DNA from: an uncultured Gammaproteobacteria bacterium
Lineage (GTDB): Bacteria; Patescibacteriota; Patescibacteriia; UBA2591; UBA6264
Length of the DNA stretch: 64,000 nt
Reading direction: 5' to 3'
NCBI GenBank assembly: GCA_964596735.1
Contig: CAZQVF010000003.1
Span: 42,611 to 106,610 of the forward strand
The notes beneath the pieces were generated by a model. That model did no database searches. It was not told the origin of the DNA and saw only the letters and a list, made by a program, of their open reading frames with translations. The position numbers and the translations under genes were made by a program. Below are positions 38,339 through 48,643 of the stretch, piece by piece (within the stretch, counting starts at the first letter, position 1; each line of letters begins with the position of its first letter).

Positions 38339-38905
38339 ATGAATATAAATGAAGAAAAAGAAAAAAATGAAAATTCACCAAATCGGGAACAGATTGAACA
38401 AGAGGAAAAAATACGAGCAGAAGCACGAGCTAAGGCAGAAAAGGAGATTAAAGAAAAAGAAAAAATAAAAGAAGCAAACAAACAAGCCATTGGATGTCTA
38501 ACTGCTTTAGTTATTATCGTTTTAGTCGTTATCTTGTTTGTTCTCCCTGATAATGGAGAAGAAAAAAATCAGAAAATAGTTGGGTCTCCACCAATAAAAA
38601 TTTCAGCTGTCCAATTAAATAAAGAATATGATGCAAACAAAGTTGCAGCTGACCAGAAATATAAAGACAAGATAGTAGAAATGTCTGGAATTATAGACGA
38701 CATCGGGAAAACCATTTTAGATAAACCCTACGTTATCATCAAAGGAAAAGAATATTCCCCATTTGTTATCCAATGTATGTTCGATAATGAATATAAAAAT
38801 AAATTAGCTAACCTATCCAAAGAGCAATCTATTACTGTTAAATGTCAAGTATCTAGTGAATTGATTGGTTATATTATATTAAGAGATTGTGTAATTGTTA
38901 AATAA
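38339..38905 (+). CDS. Hypothetical membrane-anchored protein.
   Basis: Charged N-terminus, one TM helix and an extracytoplasmic domain. Confidence 0.35.
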   Translation: MNINEEKEKNENSPNREQIEQEEKIRAEARAKAEKEIKEKEKIKEANKQAIGCLTALVIIVLVVILFVLPDNGEEKNQKIVGSPPIKISAVQLNKEYDANKVAADQKYKDKIVEMSGIIDDIGKTILDKPYVIIKGKEYSPFVIQCMFDNEYKNKLANLSKEQSITVKCQVSSELIGYIILRDCVIVK

Positions 38906-38989
38906 AAAATTATATTTTTTTAATTATATGCAAAACAAAGAGAAGAAAATCAAATTTTATTTAACTTTTTAACTAATAAAAATAAAACT

Positions 38990-39559
38990 ATGAAAAAATT
39001 AAAATTCTGGGTAATTTCATTGATAATAATCGTTATCTTGGGTTGTCTATATATATGGGCAAAAAATGTAAAGAATGAAACAATAGAAAATATAGATAAA
39101 GATGTGGCTAAAATACAAGAGATGGAAAAAGATCAACAAGAACTGAAAGAAATGTGGGAAGATAATAAAAAGGAAATAAACGAACAGTTTATTGAACAAT
39201 CAATATTAGAGCCGAAAATGAAAGAATTAGAACAGAAGCCACAACAGGAGGAAGAAAAACCCCAATCCAATCAACCAATAATCGAACAAACATCGTCAGA
39301 TCCTGAACCTGAACCAGAAACAAAGACCGATAGAAACAAGATGATAGAAATTTTTAAAGCAGACGCCCTAGCAAAATGGGGTGACGATTACCAAATGGTA
39401 AATTATGAAGTAGGAGAACAAACTGAAGCATACGACTGGATTGTTATACAAACTAAATACCCAGAAATCATGACAAGAGCAAAACAAAAATGGGGCAATG
39501 ATTATGGAATGGTGAAATATGAATATGAAGAACAGGTTGAGGCTTACGAATCTTTATAA
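38990..39559 (+). CDS. Hypothetical membrane-anchored protein with an internal tandem repeat.
   Basis: N-terminal TM helix and acidic linker. A duplicated ~30-aa module reads AKWGDDYQMVNYEVGEQTEAYDWI and QKWGNDYGMVKYEYEEQVEAYESL. Confidence 0.35.
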   Translation: MKKLKFWVISLIIIVILGCLYIWAKNVKNETIENIDKDVAKIQEMEKDQQELKEMWEDNKKEINEQFIEQSILEPKMKELEQKPQQEEEKPQSNQPIIEQTSSDPEPEPETKTDRNKMIEIFKADALAKWGDDYQMVNYEVGEQTEAYDWIVIQTKYPEIMTRAKQKWGNDYGMVKYEYEEQVEAYESL

Positions 39560-39704
39560 AAAATATTCTTATAGAAGACATTCATAGTTACAGTGGTAAT
39601 AGGAAGTAAATAAAAATCTTGCCAATGACAGAAAAACATAAAGGGTTGCCTTTATGTTTTTTTATACTTAACCGATGGAGCTCGGTCGGTTTCACAAGAA
39701 TTGT

Positions 39705-39778
39705 TGGCTCGGGGGTAGGGATTCGAACCCCAATTTACTGGACCAAAACCAGCAGTCCTGCCATTAGACGACCCCCGA
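39705..39778 (-). tRNA. tRNA-Gln(UUG).
   Basis: Cloverleaf with a U1-A72 pair, G73 discriminator, anticodon loop TTTTGGT, T-arm TGGGG-TTCGAAT-CCCTA and encoded CCA. Confidence 0.7.
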
Positions 39779-39824
39779 ACATTAATAAAAGTTTATCAGA
39801 TTTTAACGCTTTTGTCGAATAAAA

Positions 39825-40622
39825 CTATTTCTTTCTCCACTTAATAAAAAACTTCAAAGCGCTACTAATATGCACCCAGGTAATCTTGGAAAACAAAGCG
39901 ACCAAAGCTGACCGATCAGCCGAAAGCCGACGATGAAAATGAATCATCTGAGCCTTGGGAAGATAAACGACCTGGTAACCAGCCTGCCAAACCTTTTTAG
40001 CCAGATCAACATCTTCAAAATAAAGAAAATAGCGTTCATCAAAATAGCCAACCTTTTCTAAAACCTCTTTTTTAATCATTAAACAAGCCCCAATCAACCA
40101 ATCCACTTCTCTGATTTGCTGATGATCAAACCCAAGCATTAAATAACGCTCTAGTTCTTTTTTAAAACCAGGTAGCCTTCCCAAAGGAGTTCTCCTCACC
40201 GCCGGAGTAATCAGCTTGGGAAAACGATAACAAGAATACTGAATTGTCTTATTAGGATTTAACAATTGCGGCCCAACCATGCCTACCTTTTTATTCTTTT
40301 TCAAATACTTAACTAATCGCTCAACCGCTTTAGGCATAACAACAACATCTGGATTTAAAATCAAAATATATTCGCCCTCGGCCATTTTAATCGCCTGATT
40401 ATTAGCCTGAGCATAACCTAGATTTTTATTATTTAAAATAATTTTTAAGTCTTGATTTTTAATCTTTATTTGAGACAAAAATTCTTGACTGCCATCATTT
40501 GAATTATTATCCGTGATTATAGTCTCATAATCTAATTTAATGTCAGCCTCTTTTAAACTCTTTAAGCAGTTTTTTAAAAGGTTTTTATGGTTGTAATTAA
40601 GAATAATGATCGATAAGGTCAT
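39825..40622 (-). CDS. Glycosyltransferase family 2.
   Basis: LSIIILNYNH...DNNSND N-terminus. Confidence 0.7.
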   Translation of the reverse strand: MTLSIIILNYNHKNLLKNCLKSLKEADIKLDYETIITDNNSNDGSQEFLSQIKIKNQDLKIILNNKNLGYAQANNQAIKMAEGEYILILNPDVVVMPKAVERLVKYLKKNKKVGMVGPQLLNPNKTIQYSCYRFPKLITPAVRRTPLGRLPGFKKELERYLMLGFDHQQIREVDWLIGACLMIKKEVLEKVGYFDERYFLYFEDVDLAKKVWQAGYQVVYLPKAQMIHFHRRLSADRSALVALFSKITWVHISSALKFFIKWRKK

Positions 40623-40626
40623 ATAT

Positions 40627-41712
40627 TTAATGATATAAACCAGACTTTTCCATCCAGGCTCTCATTTGTTTGGCGTCAACCCTGGCGTTTTTCATAATTA
40701 TCTTTCTTTTCTTATACATCTTGGCAAAGTTTCTCCAAAAAGATGAACTGACTTTTAATAAAACCCTTGGCTTGGTGAAAAGCAAATAAGTTCTTTTACC
40801 TAATTGATAAAAGAAGATTATAAAAAAGTGGTAGAAAATATTTCTCAGATAACTATTTTTTAATAAAAGCCAGAGATGATTACGATAAGAAAGATACTCA
40901 ATTGTTTTTGACCTCTGCCAATGAAGTTTGGCCAACTCAAACAAGCCAATTTTTTCCTTAGCCCCTACTCCCCGATAATGATAAGCCTTGGCCTGAGGAA
41001 CGTATAAGCAGGGCCAGGCTTTTAATTGCAAACGCCAGGCCATGTCCATGTCTTCTTGATAAGCAAAAAAATCTTCATCAAAATATTCAAACCGCCCGTT
41101 TTTTAAAGGCATTTTAATGTCTTCTAATGCCTGACGGCGATACAGAGCACAGGCGCCAGAAACCCCAAAAATATTTGTTTCTTTGTCATATTGTCTTTTG
41201 TCTTTTTGTCTCTGACCCCGGTCAATAATATGACGGTTTTTAAATATTTTAAAACCAGTGCTATCAATAATATCTGTTTTAATTTTTTCTCCAAGCTCAA
41301 TATCACCGGATTTAATCTTTAATAATTTACAAGCAAAACTGCCAATCTTTTTTTCCTTATTAGCCACTCTCATTAGCTTGGCTAAAAAATCTGGTTCTAA
41401 TATAACATCTGGGTTCAAAGCCAAAACAAATTCAGATTGAGCCAAAGCCAAGCCCTGATTATGAGCCTTGGAAAAACCAAGGTTCTTGTTATTCTGAAAT
41501 ATAAAAATCTTGGATGTCTTTTCAAATGTTTCCTCAACCTTCTCTTTTGAATAATTCTCTTTAATAAACCCGACTGTTTTATCAGTCGAACCATTATCAA
41601 TAATCAAAACAGAAAAACTTTTAAAAGTCTGATTAAAAACTGAATCAAGACATTCTTTTAAAAACTTGAAACTATTCCAAGTAACAATCTGTATTATCAA
41701 CTTTGAAGTCAT
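40627..41712 (-). CDS. Glycosyltransferase family 2.
   Basis: IQIVTWNS...DNGSTD. Confidence 0.7.
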   Translation of the reverse strand: MTSKLIIQIVTWNSFKFLKECLDSVFNQTFKSFSVLIIDNGSTDKTVGFIKENYSKEKVEETFEKTSKIFIFQNNKNLGFSKAHNQGLALAQSEFVLALNPDVILEPDFLAKLMRVANKEKKIGSFACKLLKIKSGDIELGEKIKTDIIDSTGFKIFKNRHIIDRGQRQKDKRQYDKETNIFGVSGACALYRRQALEDIKMPLKNGRFEYFDEDFFAYQEDMDMAWRLQLKAWPCLYVPQAKAYHYRGVGAKEKIGLFELAKLHWQRSKTIEYLSYRNHLWLLLKNSYLRNIFYHFFIIFFYQLGKRTYLLFTKPRVLLKVSSSFWRNFAKMYKKRKIIMKNARVDAKQMRAWMEKSGLYH

Positions 41713-43168
41713 TTTCTTTAATAGATATAATTATCACTGCTGTTAAAACTAAGTAAAAAATACCAATGGGATGGAATAAAAACGGACCAGTCAAGCTAGC
41801 CACAGCTAAACTGGCTAAACCAGCTAAAAGACCAATAACTAATCTTCTGGCAAAAACATGTCTTTTTAATTTCTTAATTGCCTGTCCGCCTTGGTAAAAA
41901 ATAGAAAGCAAGACCAGAGCATAAGCAATCAAGCCAAACAAGCCCAGTTCCACCCAGATTTCCAAATACCCCCAATCTAAATGAAAAGTAGTCTTATCCT
42001 GCCCAGTTAACAAATCAGTATACTCCACTGTTGCTCCCAAGCCCTGGCCAAAAATTGGTTGTTGCTTAATCATATTAATCAAAACCGGCAAAATAGTCAT
42101 CCGGGTCAAAGAACTTGTTTCTTGGTCTGGAGAAAGAATTGTGCCAATTCTGTCTTTGAAAAACCCTAAGCCCTGCAAGGCGGCTCCCCCACTAACCAGG
42201 CCAAAAAGCAGACCAAACTCAGCCACTAAGATAAAAACAACTAAACAAGAGAAGATTAACCAGCGCCGCCAACCAATTCCCTTTAATAGAAAAATTAAAC
42301 CAATTAATATTCCTAAAAAATAAGCACGGGAAAAATTAATCAAAAGAATCAAACTAGCCCCAATGCTTAAGTATATTAAGTATTTCCTGTATTTATCTTT
42401 AAACCTTTTTTTATTCTCAATTAAAAAACTAAGTAAAATCAAAAACAAGGGTAAAATTAGTAAATGAGCTGAACTAACAATACGGAAAAACCCATTACCC
42501 GTATCTGTGACCTTGCCGACAACAACACTGCGCCACCACCAATAAAACTGGTCATGAACCTGGGACAGGTTGGTGACAAATAAGATAAAAACAACAATGG
42601 TTAAAATACTTAAACCAATCACCGCCACCTGACTCATTTTAAAAACATTTTTAACAAAATCTTGTTTTTTAAAAACATCAATTAAAGGAAATATCAAAAA
42701 CAAATAAGAATAATTAATAAAATCCTTAATCGCCAAAATCGGGTCATGAGCAATCATTCCCTGAAGCAAACCCAAGATAATAACAAAGAAGAAAATCAAA
42801 AACATGGCCAAATCCGGTGATTTAACAAACTGAGCAAAAAACCTTCTTTGCTTTTTATCAACCATCTTTTGAATAAACCAAACCAACATGACCACCAAAA
42901 ACAAAGACAGTCTTAAGGAAAGACCGGCTAATTCAAACAAGTGTCCTTCATGGCCGATTAAAAACTCAAAGATTAAAAATAAAAATCCATATTCTATTTT
43001 AATCAAACTAAAATAAATAGCCGCCCCAATAATCAAACAAAAAACAAGATTAGAAATAATCGGCCAAACATAGCCTAAAATAGAAAGCAGGGTAAAAACA
43101 AAAAAAGCATAAACCATTAACCTAATGCCTTGAATAAACTCTTTTGATTTTTTTCTCTTAATCCACAT
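41672..43168 (-). CDS. O-antigen ligase / polymerase (Wzy-like) polytopic membrane protein.
   Basis: About 12 TM segments with a large loop. Sits in the glycosyltransferase cluster. Confidence 0.5.
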   Translation of the reverse strand: MWIKRKKSKEFIQGIRLMVYAFFVFTLLSILGYVWPIISNLVFCLIIGAAIYFSLIKIEYGFLFLIFEFLIGHEGHLFELAGLSLRLSLFLVVMLVWFIQKMVDKKQRRFFAQFVKSPDLAMFLIFFFVIILGLLQGMIAHDPILAIKDFINYSYLFLIFPLIDVFKKQDFVKNVFKMSQVAVIGLSILTIVVFILFVTNLSQVHDQFYWWWRSVVVGKVTDTGNGFFRIVSSAHLLILPLFLILLSFLIENKKRFKDKYRKYLIYLSIGASLILLINFSRAYFLGILIGLIFLLKGIGWRRWLIFSCLVVFILVAEFGLLFGLVSGGAALQGLGFFKDRIGTILSPDQETSSLTRMTILPVLINMIKQQPIFGQGLGATVEYTDLLTGQDKTTFHLDWGYLEIWVELGLFGLIAYALVLLSIFYQGGQAIKKLKRHVFARRLVIGLLAGLASLAVASLTGPFLFHPIGIFYLVLTAVIIISIKENDFKVDNTDCYLE

Positions 43169-44057
43169 TTAATTTCTTTTTTATCTTCTTTTTTAACTCC
43201 GCCGGATAAACCTCGCTTAAAAGGGCTAAAAATAGACTAATGGGCTGAACCAAGATTAAGGGCCAATAACGCCAGAAATAAGAATGTTTTTTAAAATAGG
43301 TAAGCAGACTCTTATTGTAAATCCTTTGCCGGTCAATAGACATCAGCTGCCAAAAACTTTTTCCTCCATGATGAAGAATCTTTACTTCTGGGTAATAAAT
43401 AATCTGATAACCCGCTTTTTTTACTCGGTAGCAGAGATCAGCGTCTTCAAACCATAGATGAAAGCTTTTATCAAAACCCCCGACTTGGTCAAGTATTTTT
43501 CTGCGGGTTAAAATAAAACTGCCGGACACCTGGTCAACCATTTTTCTTTTTTGATAATTAAAATCTGTTTGAAAATATTTTTTTAAAACCCTACTCCGAG
43601 GAAACAGATACTGCAATTTTAAGAGAATTATTAATTGAGAAAAAATTGTGGGAAAGCTTCTAACCGAAGGCTGGGTTTCTTTATCTGGGCCAATTAATTG
43701 ACAACCAACAATCCCCCACTTTTTATTCTGTTTCATTAACTCAATCATCTTTCCCACTCCGTTTTCTTTAACAAACTCTGTGTCCGGGTTAAGAAACAAA
43801 ACAAATTCTCCTTTGGTTTTTTTCAAAGCCTGGTTATTAGCTTTACTAAAACCAAGGTTTTTTTCATTGAAAACGGCCCGGATGTGGTTTCTTTTTCTGC
43901 TTATTTTCTTTAAATATTCTTGGCTCCCATCTTGGGAACAATTATCAACCACGATTACTTCATAATCTACATCTTTAACATAATTAAGAATAGACTCTAA
44001 ACACCTTTGGCATAAGGCTTTAACATTCCAATTAACAACAATAATTGATAAGGTCAT
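43158..44057 (-). CDS. Glycosyltransferase family 2.
   Basis: LSIIVVNWN...DNCSQDGS. Confidence 0.7.
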   Translation of the reverse strand: MTLSIIVVNWNVKALCQRCLESILNYVKDVDYEVIVVDNCSQDGSQEYLKKISRKRNHIRAVFNEKNLGFSKANNQALKKTKGEFVLFLNPDTEFVKENGVGKMIELMKQNKKWGIVGCQLIGPDKETQPSVRSFPTIFSQLIILLKLQYLFPRSRVLKKYFQTDFNYQKRKMVDQVSGSFILTRRKILDQVGGFDKSFHLWFEDADLCYRVKKAGYQIIYYPEVKILHHGGKSFWQLMSIDRQRIYNKSLLTYFKKHSYFWRYWPLILVQPISLFLALLSEVYPAELKKKIKKKLNVD

Positions 44058-45268
44058 GCTAATTTATCTTTAATTAAATTAATCATCCTTTTAATTCTTA
44101 AGCCCCAGTCTTGTTCCTTCATTTTCTCCATTCTTTTTTCTCTTAACTCAGGCCTATCATCTTTAATGGCTTGATCAAGTTTTTTATTAAAATCCTGATA
44201 ATCTTGAGCAATATAGACTAGGTGAGAAAATCTTTCCACTCCAGAGGGCGGTGTGGTCACCACGGGCCGGCCACAGGCCAGGTATTCTAAAACCTTTAAA
44301 GAATTAGTGTATTTGATAAAAGTATCCAGGCGGTGAGGACAAATGGCCACATCAAAGCTTTTAATATAAGCCGGGGAAATCTGATATGGTTTGCGCCCAA
44401 GTAAATAAATGTTCTTGTATTTTTTCAATTTTTTAATCTCAATAGCCGGTTGTCTTAATTTTCTAAAGTAAACCGGCCAAAGCGGACCAATTAAAACAAA
44501 AGATTTGTCTGGATTTTTTTCAGCCAAATATTCTAATAAATCCAAATCCGCCCTTTGCTGAATAACGCCAACATAACCAATAATGGGATGGGGAATCTTT
44601 TTTAAATCTTTTGGCGTCTGAAGCTTTGATTTGGAAAAATGCTTAACATCCACGCCATTGGGAATCCAAAAAACATCTTCGTCTCTGCCCAACTCATGGA
44701 AAAAGTCTATTAAGTTTTTAGAAACAGTAAAAATCAAATCACTTTTTTGAGCAATAATCTGATAATTGTTTTTTAATCTCTCTTTATGTTTAATAAAAGA
44801 AGGATGGGCAATCCAATTATCAACCGTATCAAAAACCTTTAAATCAGCCTTGATTTTATTAAAATAATCAACAAACATGGGGAAATAAGACCAGAGGACC
44901 CTGGTCTTTTCTGGGACATTAACCTTTTCCAAGACTTGATTAAGTTTATCAACTACTTTTTGATGAGAAAAAAACGAATCAATAGTTGAAAAAACAAATA
45001 AGTCAGTTGTCCCTGTTTCTGGAATCTTAACACAGCGAGTGGTTAAATCCCGATAAATTACTTTTCCCTTTGGCCCATTAATAATATTTTGGTAATAATT
45101 TCTTAAAACTCGCTTAAAACTAAAGGGTAAAAAGTCAACGGCTACTATTCTCCCTACGGCTGGATTTTTTAATAATTTATAAAAAACATTGGAATTGCGG
45201 TTAGGAATTCCTTTTTGCCACTCAACATAGCTGGACATGTTAAACATTACTATTTCTAATTCTTTCAT
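44054..45268 (-). CDS. Glycosyltransferase family 1.
   Basis: C-terminal EYLACGRPVVTTP motif. Confidence 0.6.
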   Translation of the reverse strand: MKELEIVMFNMSSYVEWQKGIPNRNSNVFYKLLKNPAVGRIVAVDFLPFSFKRVLRNYYQNIINGPKGKVIYRDLTTRCVKIPETGTTDLFVFSTIDSFFSHQKVVDKLNQVLEKVNVPEKTRVLWSYFPMFVDYFNKIKADLKVFDTVDNWIAHPSFIKHKERLKNNYQIIAQKSDLIFTVSKNLIDFFHELGRDEDVFWIPNGVDVKHFSKSKLQTPKDLKKIPHPIIGYVGVIQQRADLDLLEYLAEKNPDKSFVLIGPLWPVYFRKLRQPAIEIKKLKKYKNIYLLGRKPYQISPAYIKSFDVAICPHRLDTFIKYTNSLKVLEYLACGRPVVTTPPSGVERFSHLVYIAQDYQDFNKKLDQAIKDDRPELREKRMEKMKEQDWGLRIKRMINLIKDKLA

Positions 45269-45278
45269 AAGTTTGTGC

Positions 45279-46763
45279 TTATTCTCTCTCTAATGTCTGG
45301 TCTTTAGACTGAGCCAACAAAGAAGAGGGTTGTTTAAAGCGAAGCATACTTTTTAAAAACAAAATTTCTTTTTTCTGCACCAAACCAAAAACATAAGAAA
45401 AACCAAAATAAGCTAGGATGCCAAAAACAACGGAAAAAAGAATATGAACCCTGTCTTTGATTAAAAAGAGAATTGCTCCCATAATCAAGCTATTTAAAAT
45501 AATTAAACTCATTCGATTAAGTAAATATTTTTTATCTAACTTGACTAATTTTTTAGCTAAATAAATTTCTAAAATAAACAGAATTGAAAACCCTCCCAAA
45601 ACAGCCCCAGCCGCACCTAAATGAGCAAACATAGGAATTAAGATTAAGTTTAAACCAATAAAGACAAAAACGCCAATGCCATGAATTAAGGTGTTTATCT
45701 TTTGTTTTTCACAGGCATTTAAAAGAGCGGAGATTATAAAGTCTAAAAACATAAAAGGAATGGAAAATGTTAAAAGTGTTAAAATCATGACCGCAGATAA
45801 ATATTCTGCACCATAAATAAAAAGAATAATTGGTTTAGCCAAGATTAAAAATCCAGTCATTAAAGGAATAGTCACTAACATTAAATAAAAAACAGATTTA
45901 GTAAAAAGACTGCTTAATTCTTGTTTAGACCTGATAAAATAATAGCTTAGAGAAGGATAGAGAGCTGAACTTAAAGAGCCAGCAATTAATAATAAAAAAG
46001 CGTTAACTAATTTCATGGCCGCATTATACCAACCAACAGATTTATCCCCGGCCATATAAGAAAGAAGAATAGTGTCACTAGTGGCATAAAGTTTGGCAAA
46101 AACCGCGGCAATAAAAAAGGGCCAGGAAATTTTTAATAATGATTTTAAAGTCTTTTTATTAAAACGAGGAATAGGCCAAAGCCCTAATTTTCTTTTTAAG
46201 AAAAAAATAGCATTGGACAAATAGAAACAACTGGCAATTAAAAGAGGTAAAAGCATTAAAACCACCTGGGCTTTTAAATAAATTAAAACAATCCCAGCTA
46301 AAAGAAGGATTGTTTTATGAAGGATAATGCCTAAACTTTCATACTTCATGTTTAAGTGTCCGCGAAAAGTATAGTAGAAAGATAAGGCTATTGTGTCTAA
46401 GAGAATAATTATTGCTGAAAAATAAACCAGGCCCTTGGTCACCCCTGGATAACCCAGGGCATTAATGACAATATAGATTAAAACTAAAACAGAGCATCCA
46501 GCAACAATGTTAAAACCTAAAATATTACTAAAATATTCTTTAGTTTTTGATCTATCCCGGGCAATTTCTCTGGTCAAAACTAAAAATAGGCCAAGGTCTA
46601 TCAGCACAGAAAAAAGGGCGGCAAAAGAAAGGGCAAAAGTATATTTGCCAAAATTGTCCGCCCCTAAATAACGGGCTAAAAGAATAAAATAAAAAAGAGA
46701 TATCAGTTTCTGATAAATATAAGCACTTAATAGATAAAAGGTGTTTTTAGCTGTTGAAGCCAT
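45279..46763 (-). CDS. Polysaccharide flippase (Wzx, MOP superfamily).
   Basis: About 14 TM segments and the polysaccharide-biosynthesis-protein N-terminal pattern. Confidence 0.65.
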   Translation of the reverse strand: MASTAKNTFYLLSAYIYQKLISLFYFILLARYLGADNFGKYTFALSFAALFSVLIDLGLFLVLTREIARDRSKTKEYFSNILGFNIVAGCSVLVLIYIVINALGYPGVTKGLVYFSAIIILLDTIALSFYYTFRGHLNMKYESLGIILHKTILLLAGIVLIYLKAQVVLMLLPLLIASCFYLSNAIFFLKRKLGLWPIPRFNKKTLKSLLKISWPFFIAAVFAKLYATSDTILLSYMAGDKSVGWYNAAMKLVNAFLLLIAGSLSSALYPSLSYYFIRSKQELSSLFTKSVFYLMLVTIPLMTGFLILAKPIILFIYGAEYLSAVMILTLLTFSIPFMFLDFIISALLNACEKQKINTLIHGIGVFVFIGLNLILIPMFAHLGAAGAVLGGFSILFILEIYLAKKLVKLDKKYLLNRMSLIILNSLIMGAILFLIKDRVHILFSVVFGILAYFGFSYVFGLVQKKEILFLKSMLRFKQPSSLLAQSKDQTLERE

Positions 46764-46775
46764 GGAAGCAAATAA

Positions 46776-47339
46776 CTATCTCTTTGCCCACTGTGGTGCT
46801 CGACGGGCTCTTTTTAAACCAGGTTTTTTTCTTTCTTTTTTTCTAGCATCGCGCCGTAAAAACCCAGCTGATTTTAATTCTTTCCGCCATTCAGGATTAA
46901 ATGCAACAAGGGCGCGAGTAATTCCCAAGCGGGCGGCTTCTGCTTGGCTTTTCATGCCTCCACCGTGAACTTTAATACGAAAATCAAAAACTTTTTCTTG
47001 GTTAAGTAATTTTAAAGGAGATAAAACTGCTTGAACTAAATCAAAAACAGAAAAATACTCCTTAACTGTTTTTTTGTTAATAGATATTTTTCCTTTTCCT
47101 TTGGGAAAAAACTGCACTTGGGCAATAGCTGTTTTTCTTTTTCCGGTCGCCCAATTTTGATCTATTTTTAGTTTTTTAACCTCTTCTTTAACTACTTTTT
47201 TAACCGGTTTTTTAACCGCCTTCTTGGCTGTCTTTTTAACCGGTTTTTTAACTGTTTTCTTAACTGTTTTCTTAACAGGCTTTTTAACAGCTGGTTTCTT
47301 TGTCTTTGTAGTTTTCTTTTTTTCTTTTTTAACAGGCAT
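46776..47339 (-). CDS. rpsI: 30S ribosomal protein S9 with a ~55-aa lysine-rich N-terminal extension.
   Basis: C-terminal GGGMKSQAEAARLGITRAL...RRDARKKERKKPGLKRARRAPQWAKR. N-terminal KKPVKKTVKK repeats. Confidence 0.8.
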   Translation of the reverse strand: MPVKKEKKKTTKTKKPAVKKPVKKTVKKTVKKPVKKTAKKAVKKPVKKVVKEEVKKLKIDQNWATGKRKTAIAQVQFFPKGKGKISINKKTVKEYFSVFDLVQAVLSPLKLLNQEKVFDFRIKVHGGGMKSQAEAARLGITRALVAFNPEWRKELKSAGFLRRDARKKERKKPGLKRARRAPQWAKR

Positions 47340-47454
47340 ATTAATGCATTAACTGCTTAGTGGCCTTTATTTTAACAAATTAAAATTTTTTAGCAAGAGA
47401 AGAAATAAGGCTGAAATTGTTTCCCAGCCTTTGTTAAATATTAATTTAAATAAT

Positions 47455-48507
47455 TTAAAATTTAATTACCTCACCCGGCTTCATTTCCTCTTCTATTCTT
47501 AGCACCCGACAAACACGAAGAATGGCAAAAACAATCTGAGCAATCATTATCGCCAATATGGCAAAAAGTTTGCCGACTAATTGCAAAACAAAAAATAAAG
47601 CGACAGCGATACCAAAAGAAATCTCCCGGGCATGCGGTCCGACAAATTCATCTAACTTAGAATTAACCAAATTAGCTAAAATGATTTCCATGGTTTCATC
47701 TCCTTTTAATTCAACACCTAAGGTTTCTGATAATTGTTTTCTTTGTTCGGCTAACAAGGCTTGATCAATTCCTCCTTCCTTTACTTGTTCTTTTAAAAAA
47801 CTTTTTATCTCTGGATCATTTAATAATTCATTAATATCTATATTTTCTAAATTTTCAAAATCAATTTTATCAATTAAATTTAAAGGAATTTCTTGAGGAG
47901 CCGGGCCCTGTCCCTGCAAAACCATATTGCTGGCCAAGGTTTCATCAATAGTCATTTCTGGGTCATAAAAAGGAATCATTTTGCCAACAATTCCTGAAGC
48001 CGGCTTTAAAATAAAACTAAAAACTTCTGCAGGAATCTCTATTTTCTCCTGATTAATATTAATTAAAGGATTAAAATAATAAACCAAGGCAATCATCAAA
48101 GCAATTCCAGCAATTGCCCAGGGCAATCCCCTTTTCCAAATCTTTCTTAAACATAATATTAAGCGTTGTTCTTTTTCTAAAAGCATTAATTCAGTACCAA
48201 TGACTAAACACAAGAGAAAAAACAAAAGACCAACAAGATAAGAACCAACAACCAACTCTTGAGAAAAAGGAAAAAATAAGAAAAAACAACCAAGAGAAAT
48301 AATAAAACAGGCATAAATAATATTTCGACTCTTAATTAAGACACTTAATAATAAGAAAATAATTAAAAAAATTAGCCAACTAAGTGCTAAATAACCTAAA
48401 TGAGCCCCGGAAACTGATTTAAAAAACAAGGACAAATACCCCCAAAATAAAACAGTGGCCAAAAACATAAAAAGGGCTAAGATTAAATGTTTTATTTTTA
48501 AACTCAT
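47455..48507 (-). CDS. Hypothetical polytopic membrane protein.
   Basis: Hydrophobic ORF only. Confidence 0.35.
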   Translation of the reverse strand: MSLKIKHLILALFMFLATVLFWGYLSLFFKSVSGAHLGYLALSWLIFLIIFLLLSVLIKSRNIIYACFIISLGCFFLFFPFSQELVVGSYLVGLLFFLLCLVIGTELMLLEKEQRLILCLRKIWKRGLPWAIAGIALMIALVYYFNPLININQEKIEIPAEVFSFILKPASGIVGKMIPFYDPEMTIDETLASNMVLQGQGPAPQEIPLNLIDKIDFENLENIDINELLNDPEIKSFLKEQVKEGGIDQALLAEQRKQLSETLGVELKGDETMEIILANLVNSKLDEFVGPHAREISFGIAVALFFVLQLVGKLFAILAIMIAQIVFAILRVCRVLRIEEEMKPGEVIKF

Positions 48508-48643
48508 AAACCTATAATTTAATTATTATCACCCTATAATTTTACCATAAATATCTAAAAAGCCAAGAACAGGTTGTTCTTGACAAAAGGCCTAAAATAT
48601 GTTAAAGTACATATAACAATTAAATAGACAGGGAGGATTCAAA

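Noticed and set aside
39619-39822. 67-aa plus-strand ORF
   Set aside because: It lies antisense over tRNA-Gln (39705-39778).
45279-46968. 75-aa plus ORF 46741-46968 overlapping the Wzx start and rpsI end
   Set aside because: It is antisense to the rpsI 3' end. It is spurious.
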